A stretch of DNA of 64,000 bases from Longimicrobiales bacterium (GTDB lineage: Bacteria > Gemmatimonadota > Gemmatimonadetes > Longimicrobiales > Gaopeijiaceae). The stretch lies in NCBI GenBank assembly GCA_965219445.1, contig CBDCNQ010000002.1, forward strand, positions 64,001 through 128,000. The letters run 5' to 3'. The translations under genes and the position numbers were made by a program. Below are positions 52,365 through 62,905 of the stretch, one piece after another. The notes under the pieces were generated by a model, which did not search any database, was not told the DNA's origin, and saw nothing but the letters and a program-made list of their open reading frames with translations. Each line of letters opens with the position of its first letter. The stretch's first letter is position 1.

Positions 52365-52372
52365 CTCTCATT

Positions 52373-53617
52373 TCAATCTGATTCGGCCTCGTTGATCGAG
52401 GGCGGATCACGAACCAGATGGACGTACTCGACCCGCCTGCCCCGCATTTGGGCGATGCGGAGGCGTGCGTCTTCGAGTTCCACGATGTCGCCCACCCGCC
52501 CGATTCTGTTCAGCTCCCCGAAGACATAGCCGCCAAGGGTGTCGTGGGGCTCCTCGGAGACCGAAAGGCCGAGACGGTCGTTCACTTCTCGTACGGCGAC
52601 CCCCCCCCAGATTCGCACGGTCCCATCGTCCAGCTCCTCGAAGCTCAGGGGCTCATCCTCTTCGTGCTCGTCCTGGATCTCCCCGACGATCTCTTCGAGG
52701 AGGTCCTCGAGGGTCACGAGCCCGGCCGTGCCCCCGAACTCGTCAATGACGATCGCCATCTTCGTCCTTTGGACTCGCATTTCTGGGATCAGGTCTTCCA
52801 CCAGCTTGGTGGTCGGCAGGAACTGCACGGGCCTCACGATTTCGGAGATTTCCGTGATACCCTCCCGGTGTGCGCTCCACAGGTCTCGGGCGAGCAGCAG
52901 TCCCGTAATCTTGTCGATGGACTCGGCGTACACGGGGAGGCGTAGATGCCCTTCCTCGAGCATGATCCCAATGGCTTCTTCTACCATCGAGTCCGCAGGG
53001 ATCGCGATCATGTCGGTCCGGGGTGTCATGACTTCTCCCACGGTGACTTCACCCAGGCGGATCACGTTGGTCACGACCTGCCACTCGTCCTCGTCGATGG
53101 TGCCTTCGCTGTACCCGATCTGGGCGAGCACCTCGAGCTCGGCTCGGCTGACCGTGGAGCCCTCTTTACGACGCAAAAGCTGGCTGAAGAGGTTGAGTGG
53201 GATGAGAATGGGCTTCATCAGGATCACCATCCACCACAAAACATGGGCGGATGACTTGCCTAAGGGTTGCCAGAACGTGGCGCCGATCGTCTTCGGGATG
53301 ATCTCCGAAAACACGAGAATGACGAGCGTGAGGACGCCTGTGAATACGCCGATCCACACCTGGCCGAACACTTGGCCTGCGATCGCGCCTCCGAGCGCGG
53401 CGCCTGCAGTATGAGCGATGGTGTTGAGTGTGAGGATCGCAGCAATCGGCTCATCGATCTTCTGCTTCATTGCATGGAGATAGTCGCCGGCCTTCGATCC
53501 CTGGTCCCTCAACACCTCGACGTATGAGTGCGTCACGGACAGAAGGACGGCCTCCAGGACGGAGCAAAGGGAGGAGATTGAGAGAGAGATCCCGAGGACC
53601 CACAGCAGCGTTACCAT
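52373..53617 (-). CDS. Hemolysin/CNNM family protein (DUF21 + CBS + CorC)
   Basis: ILTLNTIAHT, FSEIIPK, VMTPR, IDEFGGTAGLVTLEDLLEEIVGEI.DEH. Confidence 0.92.
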   Translation of the reverse strand: MVTLLWVLGISLSISSLCSVLEAVLLSVTHSYVEVLRDQGSKAGDYLHAMKQKIDEPIAAILTLNTIAHTAGAALGGAIAGQVFGQVWIGVFTGVLTLVILVFSEIIPKTIGATFWQPLGKSSAHVLWWMVILMKPILIPLNLFSQLLRRKEGSTVSRAELEVLAQIGYSEGTIDEDEWQVVTNVIRLGEVTVGEVMTPRTDMIAIPADSMVEEAIGIMLEEGHLRLPVYAESIDKITGLLLARDLWSAHREGITEISEIVRPVQFLPTTKLVEDLIPEMRVQRTKMAIVIDEFGGTAGLVTLEDLLEEIVGEIQDEHEEDEPLSFEELDDGTVRIWGGVAVREVNDRLGLSVSEEPHDTLGGYVFGELNRIGRVGDIVELEDARLRIAQMRGRRVEYVHLVRDPPSINEAESD

Positions 53618-53674
53618 ATGCTTTGAGTATCGAGGCGTCTGCACCCAAAAAACAAGGGGTGGACTCCGACGGTT

Positions 53675-56600
53675 TTATACTACCTTACTGATCACGCCTG
53701 CTCCGAGGAACACGAGTGCTCCACTGACGTCCCCTTCCGTCAGCCCATATTGTTCCTGCACCACGTTGCAGTACGCGAGAATCTGCGGGCGATAGCGTTC
53801 GGCGAGGGCGGCGAGCGTCTCATCGTCCCTCGATTCCATGGAGTCTGTCTTGAAGTCCAGGATCTCGGCCCGCACGGTTTGTCCATCCCGCTGGATGAGG
53901 ACCAGGCGGTCGATGACCCCCTCCTGGATCTCGTCCCCCACACGGCGGACGAAGGGGAGCTCGCGTTCGACGTGTATGGCAGTGAAGAGGTCGGATGGGA
54001 ATCCCTCCCGGCTCAGAGCGCTGCGAACGGGCTCGGCCTCCATCCAGCCGCGAAACTCAGCGATGAGGCCGGTTACCTGATCATCGGGCATCCCAGGTGC
54101 GGTCGCTCGAGCAATGCCCCTGAGTTCGTCGTCATCTCCGATCCCGTCCTCGATCCACTCGATTCCCTGGCACCAGGCATGTACCACTTCTCCCCGCCGG
54201 AGGGCGGGCGCCGCATCGAGGCGAAGCGTCGACGACAGGTCGACCCGGTCGTCACCCTCGAGGCTTGACGGGCTCCGCCGGGCGAGATTGCGGCCGGGTC
54301 CGGTAGCGGACGATCGAAAGAGTGTGGCGCCCGGCGTGACTCGTTTCGGGGGCGCAGGTGTCTCCTTCTCCGTCAGCCCCTTCGCTCCTTTCACGTCCGC
54401 GTCCTGCACCAACCGCTGGAACCACCGAGGATCTCCGCGTTCCAGAAGCACGTTGGCATCGTTGGCCTTCTCGTCTTCCAACCCGAGAGCTTCACGGATC
54501 AACGCCGCGCTGTGCCTGGCGCGACCGACGCCCGGAGGCAGAATCAGATGCAGAGCATGCTTCGCCCGCGTGACGGCGACGTATAAGACGCTGAGCCCGT
54601 CTCGCAGTTCGGCTACCCGGAGTTCCCCATCCGCCGCCTCGACTTCGGGGAAGAACGCCCGGTACTCGCCAGACATGGCGGGATACACCTTCGTCACCCG
54701 ACCGGTGTCGGGATCACGCTCGGGAATGAGCACGTCTCCCCCTTCGGGTGCGAGGGAAGCGTAGAGCTCCGGGAGGACAACCGCATCGAATTCCAGCCCC
54801 TTAGAGCGATGGACGGTCATCACCTGCACCCGGGCCGAGGACGGAAGCTCCACCGCTTCACGGGCCACGTACCGGGTGAAGTCGGTCGGCCGGAGGGTCC
54901 CACGCTGATCCCATCGATGGCCCAGCTCCACGAGTTGAATGAGGCGCTGCACCTCCACCGCGTCACAAAGGGGTGCCAGTTCATGAACCCACCTACCCAG
55001 GGTCGGGCCGTAGCCTTTCGCAAGGAGTTGGATCCGGATGCGGGCCGCCACCGCCCGGGCCAAACTCGTGTCCTCCCTGTCCCGAAGCCCAACGATCTCG
55101 CCAAGGGGCGTGTGGGCCACGTGATAAAGGGCCGCGCTGTCGCTCGGGTGATCGGCCAGGTGGAGAAGGGAGAGCAATGCATTGGCCGGTGGCGTATCGG
55201 TCAGGAACGCGCCCCCCTCCCCGCTTGCTCGAACGCCAATGTCCCGGAGTTCGTCCATGAGGTAGCCTACGACCTTGTTTCGGGTGGCCAGAACACCGAT
55301 GCTTCGGCCCGGAATCTGCTCGTGTAGCTCCTTCACAACCCGGGCAGCCCGGCGGAGGAGATTGGGCCGGATGGCGCCCCTTCCGTCATCGCCCGGAGCG
55401 AGATGGACGCACACGTGGCCCGGGAGATTGCGGGCGGCGGCGAGCTCCGTGAAGTCCTCCATCCAAGCCGACGCAACCGCTGGACCTACGTCGATTCTCG
55501 ACACCACTGGGTTGCTCGGGAGACCTCGAAAGACGTCGGCCACGAAGTCGAGGATCACCGGACCCGACCGCCATGACGTGTCCAACGTGTCTCTAGCCAG
55601 TCCGTAGTCCTCGCCCACCCGGCGCACGAGCTCGGGACGCGCGCCCCGCCACCCATATATGGACTGCTTGGGATCCGCCACGATGACCCCGGCGCGCTGG
55701 TCGAGATGCTCGGAAAGCAGTTCGTGGGCGAGCGGCTCCAGAGCCCGCCACTGCTCCAGGGATGTGTCCTGGAACTCGTCGAGCAGCAGGTGCCGTACCT
55801 GCTGGTCCAGCCGGTAGCTCAAGTCGTCCCGGCCCCCAGTGGGATCGGGCCCGCCCAACAGGTGTGTAATGTCATCGAACCTGTACGCCCGGGCGCGGCG
55901 CTGGATATCGTCGAACGCGGCGTCCAGGAGCTCGGCCAGGCGGCCCAATGCCTGAGTCTCTCGGCGGAGCCTCGGGGCGAGGTCTACACGAGCCAGCCCT
56001 TGCACCTCGAGAAGGACATCTTCGAACTCCGAAGGGATGGGCTTGCTGCTGAACGAGTGCTCGCCGGCGAGGACCTTGGCACCGATGCCCGCCCTGAAAG
56101 CCTCGTCCCAGTCGAGCACCGAAATGGCATCGGCGGCATTTTCCCGGGCCGTCACCCAGACCTTCATGGGGCTTCCGCTCCGGGTGGATGGGACCGCGAG
56201 CCCGCGCAGGTGTGCTGCCAGGGCCAGGGCCCTCTCCCGGAGCACCTCCGGGGAGAGTCCCTCGGTCACTCCGAACCCCGGGCGCCAGGGATCTGTCGCT
56301 TTCGGATCCAACTGCCGCCGGACGCTGAGCAGATCGTCCACCTTGTCCAGGAGGGCGGCGTGGACCTGCCGGGCGGCGTCGTTTCGGTGGAGCATGCGTA
56401 GGAGCTCCACCATCTCCGTCTTGTCGGCCGCAACCAAGGCGGCCTGCACGGCTTCAGTACGTAGACGCTCTTGGGTCGGCTCGTCCGCAATGGTCCATCT
56501 CGGCGCCAGTCCCAATTCTTGAAAGAAGCTCCGGGCCACGCGCACGAAAAACGCATCCAAGGTGCCTACGTTCATCTCATGCAGGTCGGTCAGCAGTCGG

Positions 56601-56890
56601 CCAAGCAGCCGGCGGCACTCCTTGGGTCGAGTAAGGCTCGGGTGGGCGTCCCGTCCCAGTTCACGGGCTTTCCCGGCGTCGGAGGCGCCCTCTGCGAGTC
56701 GCACCAACACTCGCTCCAGGATCTCGCCGGCCGCCTTGCGGGTGAAGGTGGAAGCGAGTATCGCGCCGGGTGGTGCTCCAGTCGCCAACAGGCCGAGGAT
56801 GCGGCTGGAGAGGCGGTATGTCTTGCCCGATCCCGCCGAAGCAAGCACCAGTTCCCGTGGTAGGGCCTGAAAAGCGGGGGATACGCTCAC
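53675..56890 (-). CDS. addA: UvrD-family helicase-nuclease, AddA-like
   Basis: ASAGSGKT, TFTRKAA, DEFQDT, DPKQSIYGWRGA, MTVHRSKGLEF, LYVAVTRA; C-terminal GVIDRL..DFKT nuclease. Confidence 0.88.
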   Translation of the reverse strand: MSVSPAFQALPRELVLASAGSGKTYRLSSRILGLLATGAPPGAILASTFTRKAAGEILERVLVRLAEGASDAGKARELGRDAHPSLTRPKECRRLLGRLLTDLHEMNVGTLDAFFVRVARSFFQELGLAPRWTIADEPTQERLRTEAVQAALVAADKTEMVELLRMLHRNDAARQVHAALLDKVDDLLSVRRQLDPKATDPWRPGFGVTEGLSPEVLRERALALAAHLRGLAVPSTRSGSPMKVWVTARENAADAISVLDWDEAFRAGIGAKVLAGEHSFSSKPIPSEFEDVLLEVQGLARVDLAPRLRRETQALGRLAELLDAAFDDIQRRARAYRFDDITHLLGGPDPTGGRDDLSYRLDQQVRHLLLDEFQDTSLEQWRALEPLAHELLSEHLDQRAGVIVADPKQSIYGWRGARPELVRRVGEDYGLARDTLDTSWRSGPVILDFVADVFRGLPSNPVVSRIDVGPAVASAWMEDFTELAAARNLPGHVCVHLAPGDDGRGAIRPNLLRRAARVVKELHEQIPGRSIGVLATRNKVVGYLMDELRDIGVRASGEGGAFLTDTPPANALLSLLHLADHPSDSAALYHVAHTPLGEIVGLRDREDTSLARAVAARIRIQLLAKGYGPTLGRWVHELAPLCDAVEVQRLIQLVELGHRWDQRGTLRPTDFTRYVAREAVELPSSARVQVMTVHRSKGLEFDAVVLPELYASLAPEGGDVLIPERDPDTGRVTKVYPAMSGEYRAFFPEVEAADGELRVAELRDGLSVLYVAVTRAKHALHLILPPGVGRARHSAALIREALGLEDEKANDANVLLERGDPRWFQRLVQDADVKGAKGLTEKETPAPPKRVTPGATLFRSSATGPGRNLARRSPSSLEGDDRVDLSSTLRLDAAPALRRGEVVHAWCQGIEWIEDGIGDDDELRGIARATAPGMPDDQVTGLIAEFRGWMEAEPVRSALSREGFPSDLFTAIHVERELPFVRRVGDEIQEGVIDRLVLIQRDGQTVRAEILDFKTDSMESRDDETLAALAERYRPQILAYCNVVQEQYGLTEGDVSGALVFLGAGVISKVV

Positions 56891-59835
56891 TGGTTGTTCA
56901 CGTGTCGGACGTGACCGGAGGCCTCGTCCTCCTGCTCGCTGGTGGACCGCCATCCCACACTGAGAAGGGGTCCGAGGACGTCTTGCTCAAACCCGGTAGC
57001 CCTCGTCACGTCTGGATCGAATTCAAATCTGGCCCCCCGGAGTCGCCGCACCGCATCACGAGCGGCGTCCTCCGCAGATGCAAAATCCTTTGCGGTCCAG
57101 TCGGCGATCATGAACTCGGCGCCATCCACGGTCTGCGGCAGCGACACGAATCCAAAGTGGACGCGACGTCCCGCCTCACCCTCGCCGTCGATATCGATCA
57201 CCCGCCGACCCTCACCGTCCAGAATTCCCGACAGGAGCCGTCGGTACAGGGGTAGTTGGAGATCAATCCATTGGAGGTCTTCGCCATGGCCCCTCCGATG
57301 GGCCTTCTCGGGGGGGTCCACGGATAGTCCGGTCTTGTAGTCGAGTACGGCCCACTCACTCGTCCGGGGGTTGTGGTCGATGCGATCGATGCGACCCCGG
57401 AGCATGATGGGCGTGCCGTCGACGTCGAAGGGAACACCCTCTCCGTCAGCCGAACATTCCACCGCCACGATCCTCCATCCCTTTGCGGCCCATCGGGCCT
57501 GCTTCTTGGCGAAAGCCCGCAGCCGGACCTTGAGTTGCTCGGCCTGGAGGTGGACCGCGGGCATTGCATCCGGTCCGAAGCTGGTCGAGAGTTCGTTCCC
57601 CAGGAGATCCATCAGTGAGGCAGTTACATCGGCCTCGCTGGCCAGGTCCACTCCCGGTGGCGACTCCAGAGCCAGCAAACCGAACCGGTGCAGGACGTCG
57701 TGCGCCAGGATTCCGAATCGCATCGGGTCGAGCTCGCGGGCCGCATCGTCTAGGCGTTTGAGCTTGTACACCTTCTCAAGGACGAATCGGTAGGGGTCCT
57801 TCAAGAGACCCCTGAAGGCGGTGACCGCCAGGCCGGTCGGCACTACGTCGTCTCCCAATTCGATCACCTGCTCGGGCGGGACGGCGAACTGGCTCACCGT
57901 GCCGGGCTGGAGGCCGAGGGAGGCCAGACTGGCGCCGTCAGGAGTTCCTCCATGTGTTTTCAAGAATCGAAGGACGCGAGCCGGCATTTGGTCCTCCGGA
58001 ATCCGGAACATGAGACGGCTGGGGCGGAGGGGATCGCCCTGGGCGGTACCGCGTCCCGCGACGAGACGCACGGAGTCCTTTGAGTGCAGGACGGTCGTGA
58101 GCCGGTAAGCGTCGCGGGCCAGCCTGCTTCGGTTGTCCGAGAGGCCGAGGCGAGTCCGAAGCGGGTCGGGCAGGAAGGCGTGCCCACCGAGGGACTCGGG
58201 CAAGAAACCCTCGTTGAACCCCGTGAGCATGACGATCGGCGCGTCATCCAGTGGAAGCTCGAGCCAATCGACCAGCTCCACTGCGTCCCGACGGGGCTCG
58301 GGCGGAAGCGCCTCTTCCCGCAGCTCCAGCAACAGCGTTCCAATGGCTTCGCTACCCGAGCACTTCTCGTCCAACGTGTGCGGCACATCGGCGAGGGAAG
58401 CCGCCAGCGCCTGCACACGGCCCAGTGTGTCCAACAAGCTCCGGTGCGCCGACTTGCTCCGATCCAGCTCCAGCTCACCGTAGGCGGTCTGGAGGACGTC
58501 CATCACCACGGACATCCACTGCGACAACGGCCTACGGCCACGAAAGGAATCGAGTGGTCCCTCCCGCTCCAGGGCTTGGGCCACTGGAGGAAAAAGGGCG
58601 GCTTTTCCTTCTCCCCGCGGGATCTCGCCGCTAACCCTCAAGGGGAGGTGTTCACTGAAGTATCGGTCCGCCACCTCGATGGCCTCGGGCCCGGCGGCCG
58701 CGGCCCGAGTGGGACCGCTCAGCGGGCCCGCATCGGGGTGCCGCAGGAGAGCAGCCAGAGCCTCGAACGTGCGGTCGGCGAGGTAGTCGGCCACGGCCTG
58801 GAGGAGGCGAAGGGGACCCGTGCGCGCCAGAGGCGTGCCTGCGGCGTACCGGGCAAAGACGGCACGGGCCTCCAGGCGTTGCTCCAGATATGGCACGACC
58901 TCCGATTCGGGATGGACGGCGAGCACGACCTCTTCCGCCGAATATGCCCCTTCGAAGCGAGCGATGGCGTCGATGACGGCCTCCGCCTGATCGACCGGTC
59001 GCTTCACGACCTCCAGAATCTGGTCCGTCACCGGGACCGGCGCGGTTTCCCAGTAGCTCGTGGAAGGCAAGCCGAAGGCGTCGAAGACGGTGGTGGCATC
59101 GGTTCCGTCGCCGAGCTTCGCCGGCGCGTGGACGAGCGTGTTTACGGACGCGCCGCTTGCCTCCACGAGCCGTCGCGTGACCGTCGGTAGCTCCACAATG
59201 GAGAGGAACCACAGGTCGCCCGTGAACGGCGCAACGCCGGAGTCGAACGCGAGAATGCGTGTCTCGAAGCGGTCCGCCACTCCGGCCCGCTCCAAAAGGT
59301 CCAGGTACCGTCGCTGGACCCTGCCCAACACTTCCCAACGCGTCCCATCGTCGAAAAGGAGGCCCGAACGACAGATCGTGGCGACGTCCGCGAACCGGTG
59401 GCCCTCCCTCGCGAGGTTCTGGTGCAGCCCGGCCAGCAAACCGGCGAGCTCGTCCCACTCGGTGAGGCCGTCGCCCTCAGGGAGATGAGGGAAAACCTTC
59501 TCGAGGACCTCGCGGTCCACGCTTCGAAGTGCTCGAGACCAGGCCCGGCGCGACGTCGCATCGTCCGCCAGGGGTCTCGGGGCGGAGTGGAGCAGCTCCG
59601 GAAGGCTCCCCACGGTCGTAGTTCGAGGCGGAATCAGCATCGCACCCCGGGCTTCGGCCTCGTCCAAAAGGAGTTCGACCATGCGTCGGCGTGCACGCCG
59701 TCCCGGGAGGACGAGGGTGGCAGCTCGGAGGTCGGCCACTGGCCCCTCGATGTAGTGTTCGATGAGGTGAGCGGCGGCTACAGGCAGCGCTGGCCGGTCC
59801 CACCCGAGGAACACGGGTTCGACGGTGTGTGCCAA
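56887..59835 (-). CDS. addB: AddB-like PD-(D/E)XK nuclease subunit
   Basis: Degenerate helicase-like body; GRIDRID..LDYKTG, LQLPLY; overlaps addA start. Confidence 0.82.
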   Translation of the reverse strand: MAHTVEPVFLGWDRPALPVAAAHLIEHYIEGPVADLRAATLVLPGRRARRRMVELLLDEAEARGAMLIPPRTTTVGSLPELLHSAPRPLADDATSRRAWSRALRSVDREVLEKVFPHLPEGDGLTEWDELAGLLAGLHQNLAREGHRFADVATICRSGLLFDDGTRWEVLGRVQRRYLDLLERAGVADRFETRILAFDSGVAPFTGDLWFLSIVELPTVTRRLVEASGASVNTLVHAPAKLGDGTDATTVFDAFGLPSTSYWETAPVPVTDQILEVVKRPVDQAEAVIDAIARFEGAYSAEEVVLAVHPESEVVPYLEQRLEARAVFARYAAGTPLARTGPLRLLQAVADYLADRTFEALAALLRHPDAGPLSGPTRAAAAGPEAIEVADRYFSEHLPLRVSGEIPRGEGKAALFPPVAQALEREGPLDSFRGRRPLSQWMSVVMDVLQTAYGELELDRSKSAHRSLLDTLGRVQALAASLADVPHTLDEKCSGSEAIGTLLLELREEALPPEPRRDAVELVDWLELPLDDAPIVMLTGFNEGFLPESLGGHAFLPDPLRTRLGLSDNRSRLARDAYRLTTVLHSKDSVRLVAGRGTAQGDPLRPSRLMFRIPEDQMPARVLRFLKTHGGTPDGASLASLGLQPGTVSQFAVPPEQVIELGDDVVPTGLAVTAFRGLLKDPYRFVLEKVYKLKRLDDAARELDPMRFGILAHDVLHRFGLLALESPPGVDLASEADVTASLMDLLGNELSTSFGPDAMPAVHLQAEQLKVRLRAFAKKQARWAAKGWRIVAVECSADGEGVPFDVDGTPIMLRGRIDRIDHNPRTSEWAVLDYKTGLSVDPPEKAHRRGHGEDLQWIDLQLPLYRRLLSGILDGEGRRVIDIDGEGEAGRRVHFGFVSLPQTVDGAEFMIADWTAKDFASAEDAARDAVRRLRGARFEFDPDVTRATGFEQDVLGPLLSVGWRSTSEQEDEASGHVRHVNNQ

Positions 59836-59837
59836 GG

Positions 59838-59857
59838 TTAGAGAGTCTTAGAGAGTC
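59838..59857. repeat. Perfect 10-bp tandem duplication (ttagagagtc x2)
   Basis: Read directly; adjacent to the addB start. Confidence 0.85.
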
Positions 59858-59933
59858 GTCGTTGGAGTCGGGTTGCAGTTTCCGATGGAGGCAACATAGG
59901 CGATGTTGGCTCAGCCCTACTAGTCGGAGATGG

Positions 59934-59963
59934 CTCACGCATACTAACTCACGCATACTAACT
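59934..59963. repeat. Perfect 14-bp tandem duplication (ctcacgcatactaa x2)
   Basis: Read directly; adjacent to the peptidase start. Confidence 0.9.
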
Positions 59964-59967
59964 GGGG

Positions 59968-62691
59968 ATGATTCTGATGCGTTTCCGCTTGATCGGCGCC
60001 TTCGTGCTCGGCCTTTTCGTCGCTTCAATCCCGAGCGTCGCGGTGTCCGCGCAGTCGGTGACCACCCCCCAGGAGCAGTTCGGGCACGAGATCGGTGCCG
60101 ATTACCAACTCGTCAATTACACGGAGCTGTACGGATACTTCCAGAAGCTCGCCGGAGAGTCCGACCGGATGACGGTCGAGGATATCGGACTCACCGAGGA
60201 GGGACGTCCACAGGTCATGGCCGTGATCACCTCTCCGGCGAATCGATCCAACCTCGAGCGCTATCGCGAGATTTCCGAGCGATTGGCCAGGAGCGACGGC
60301 GTGTCAGAGGACGAGGCCCGGCGGCTGGCGCAGGAAGGCAAGGCCGTAATCTGGATCGACGGCGGCTTACACGCGTCCGAGGTCCTGGGCGCCCAGCAGC
60401 TCATCGAGCTCGTGTACCGAATGGTCAGCCGTTCGGACCCGGAGACCCTGCGCATCCTCGACGAGGTAATTCTGTTAGCGGTTCAGGTCAATCCAGATGG
60501 CATGGAGTTGGTTTCCGACTGGTACATGCGTGAGTCCAATCCCTTGCGGAGAAGTACAGGGGACCTCCCCGTCTTGTACCAGAAGTACGCGGGTCACGAC
60601 AACAACCGCGACTTCTACATGTCCGCCCTGGCCGAGACGACCAACATCAACCGCGTGTTGTTTCATGAGTGGTTTCCTCAGATCGTCTACAATCACCACC
60701 AGACCGGCCCATCGGGCACCGTGATGTACGCGCCTCCTTTCAGGGATCCGCCCAACCACAACCTCGATCCGCTCATCCTGACTGGCCTCGACGCAATTGG
60801 GGCCGCGATGCACGGGCGCTTCGTGGTGGAGGGAAAGGGGGGCACGACCATGCGCTCCGGAGCATCGTACTCGACGTGGTGGAACGGTGGCCTGCGCACC
60901 ACGCCTTACTTCAAGAATATGATCGGGTTGCTGACCGAGACGATCGGTAATCCGACGCCGATCCAAATCCCATTCCGACCCGAGCGGCAGTTGCCGCACG
61001 GAGATCTGCCGTTGCCGGTGGAGCCGGGTGAGTGGCACTTCAGGCAATCCATCGAATACTCGCAGACGGCGAACTGGGCAGTCCTGGACTACGCCGCCCG
61101 AAACCGGGATCACCTGCTGTTCAACATCTGGCGAATGGGGATGAACTCGATTGAGCGGGGGAGCGAGGACACGTGGACCGTCCTGCCGTTCGAAGCGGAG
61201 GCCGCCGCCGCCGCGTTGGGTTCGAGAAGGACCGGAACGGCGGCCGACTATCGGAGACTCCTGCAGGCTCCGGAGAACCGAGACCCACGTGGATTCATAA
61301 TCCCGTCGGATCAGGCCGACTTCTCCACGGCCACGAAGTTCGTCAACACCTTTCTGAAGAACGGCGTCGAGGTGCACCGGGCGACCACGGATTTCGCGGT
61401 CGGCGGCGATCGCTATCCGGCCGGATCCTACATCGTAAAGACCGATCAGGCGTTTCGTCCCCACGTCATGGACATGTTCGAGCCGCAGCAGCATCCGAAC
61501 GACTTCGAATATCCTGGGGGACCGCCCATCGCCCCGTACGACAATGCGGGCTGGACTCTGGCCTTTCAGATGGGGGTGGAGTTCGACCGAATTCTGGATG
61601 CTTTCGAGGGCCCGTTCGAGTTGATCGAGGGGCTGGCCCAAATGCCGGCCGGATCCGTCATCGGATCCGGTGGAGACGGGTACGTGTTCGATCATCGCAA
61701 CAACAACGCGTTCCTCGCTGTGAACCGGCTCCTGGCGGACGGGCGACAGGTGGCCTGGCTGTTGGACCCTCCAGTGGGCGTGGATCTACCCGAGGGAGCC
61801 TTTTACGTCGCCGCCAACCAGGTGGACCGATCCGGGTTGGAGGCGCTCGCCGCCGAAGTCGGTGTGGACTTCCAAGCGGTTGTGGCCGCACCCAGAGAGA
61901 CGCTTCGGCTTCGCCGTCCAAGGCTCGCGCTCTGGGACCAGTATGGAGGGTCGATCCAGTCCGGCTGGACTCGGAAAATCTTGGAGGACTTTGGATTCGA
62001 CTTCGAGTTGGTCTATGCGGCGGAGATCGCCGCAGGCGATCTCCGAAGTCGCTTCGACGTGCTGGTCCTCGAGGATGGGGCGGTGCCTCCACCCACCGGA
62101 GGACCCGATTATGGCTTCCCCTCCGACCCGCGTCGGGTGCCTGCGGAGTTCCGCGACCGGATCGGTTCCATCACGGCGGTACGGGGGGTGCCGGAGATCC
62201 TCGACTTTGCCCGAGCTGGAGGGACTGTGATCGCGGTGGGGGCTTCGTCCTGGTTGGGGTATTATGCCGGACTGCCCCTGAGTGACCATCTCGTGGAGAG
62301 TGGGCGTTCGCTCAGCGCAGAGCAATATTACGCGCCCGGGTCGGTCCACTCGCTCAAGATCGAGTCCGGCAGTCCGCTGACGCACGGATTGGGGGATCGC
62401 GTCGACGTGATGATCAGTCACAGCCCGCTCTTCGATCTGGAGCCGGGGGCCGAGGCCTTGGGTGTAAGGCGGCTCGGTTGGTTCGATACCGACCGACCCC
62501 TCCGGAGCGGCTGGGCGTGGGGTCAGGAACGCATGCAGGGTGGAACGGCTCTGATCGAGGCGGAGCTGGGCGACGGAGATCTCTTTCTTTTTACGCCTAG
62601 AATCACATTCCGATCGCAGTCCCACGCTGCCTTCCCGCTTCTTTTCAACGGGATCTTCTACGGTTCGGCCGACGACGAGCCGATCTTCTAG
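59968..62691 (+). CDS. Exported M14-family zinc carboxypeptidase-like protein
   Basis: Signal peptide; GLHASE (HxxE), VNPDG, HDNNRD, YNHHQ. Confidence 0.88.
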   Translation: MILMRFRLIGAFVLGLFVASIPSVAVSAQSVTTPQEQFGHEIGADYQLVNYTELYGYFQKLAGESDRMTVEDIGLTEEGRPQVMAVITSPANRSNLERYREISERLARSDGVSEDEARRLAQEGKAVIWIDGGLHASEVLGAQQLIELVYRMVSRSDPETLRILDEVILLAVQVNPDGMELVSDWYMRESNPLRRSTGDLPVLYQKYAGHDNNRDFYMSALAETTNINRVLFHEWFPQIVYNHHQTGPSGTVMYAPPFRDPPNHNLDPLILTGLDAIGAAMHGRFVVEGKGGTTMRSGASYSTWWNGGLRTTPYFKNMIGLLTETIGNPTPIQIPFRPERQLPHGDLPLPVEPGEWHFRQSIEYSQTANWAVLDYAARNRDHLLFNIWRMGMNSIERGSEDTWTVLPFEAEAAAAALGSRRTGTAADYRRLLQAPENRDPRGFIIPSDQADFSTATKFVNTFLKNGVEVHRATTDFAVGGDRYPAGSYIVKTDQAFRPHVMDMFEPQQHPNDFEYPGGPPIAPYDNAGWTLAFQMGVEFDRILDAFEGPFELIEGLAQMPAGSVIGSGGDGYVFDHRNNNAFLAVNRLLADGRQVAWLLDPPVGVDLPEGAFYVAANQVDRSGLEALAAEVGVDFQAVVAAPRETLRLRRPRLALWDQYGGSIQSGWTRKILEDFGFDFELVYAAEIAAGDLRSRFDVLVLEDGAVPPPTGGPDYGFPSDPRRVPAEFRDRIGSITAVRGVPEILDFARAGGTVIAVGASSWLGYYAGLPLSDHLVESGRSLSAEQYYAPGSVHSLKIESGSPLTHGLGDRVDVMISHSPLFDLEPGAEALGVRRLGWFDTDRPLRSGWAWGQERMQGGTALIEAELGDGDLFLFTPRITFRSQSHAAFPLLFNGIFYGSADDEPIF

Positions 62692-62905
62692 GCGGGGTAC
62701 GCGACCTCGACGTAAATCTTCGATTTGGATCTCTCGCTGGGCGGAACCTGCCGGAGGGCAGGCAGCTATTAAGTGGGGAGGCGTTCCAGAATCTCGCGGG
62801 CCTCGAGAAGTGCCTAGGCACCTCTGGACCCTCACGCCAAGGTCAGCGATTAGGGGTGCAGGGAACATACGAAACGAGCTTGTGGCACCCGGTTGAGGAG
62901 TTCAA

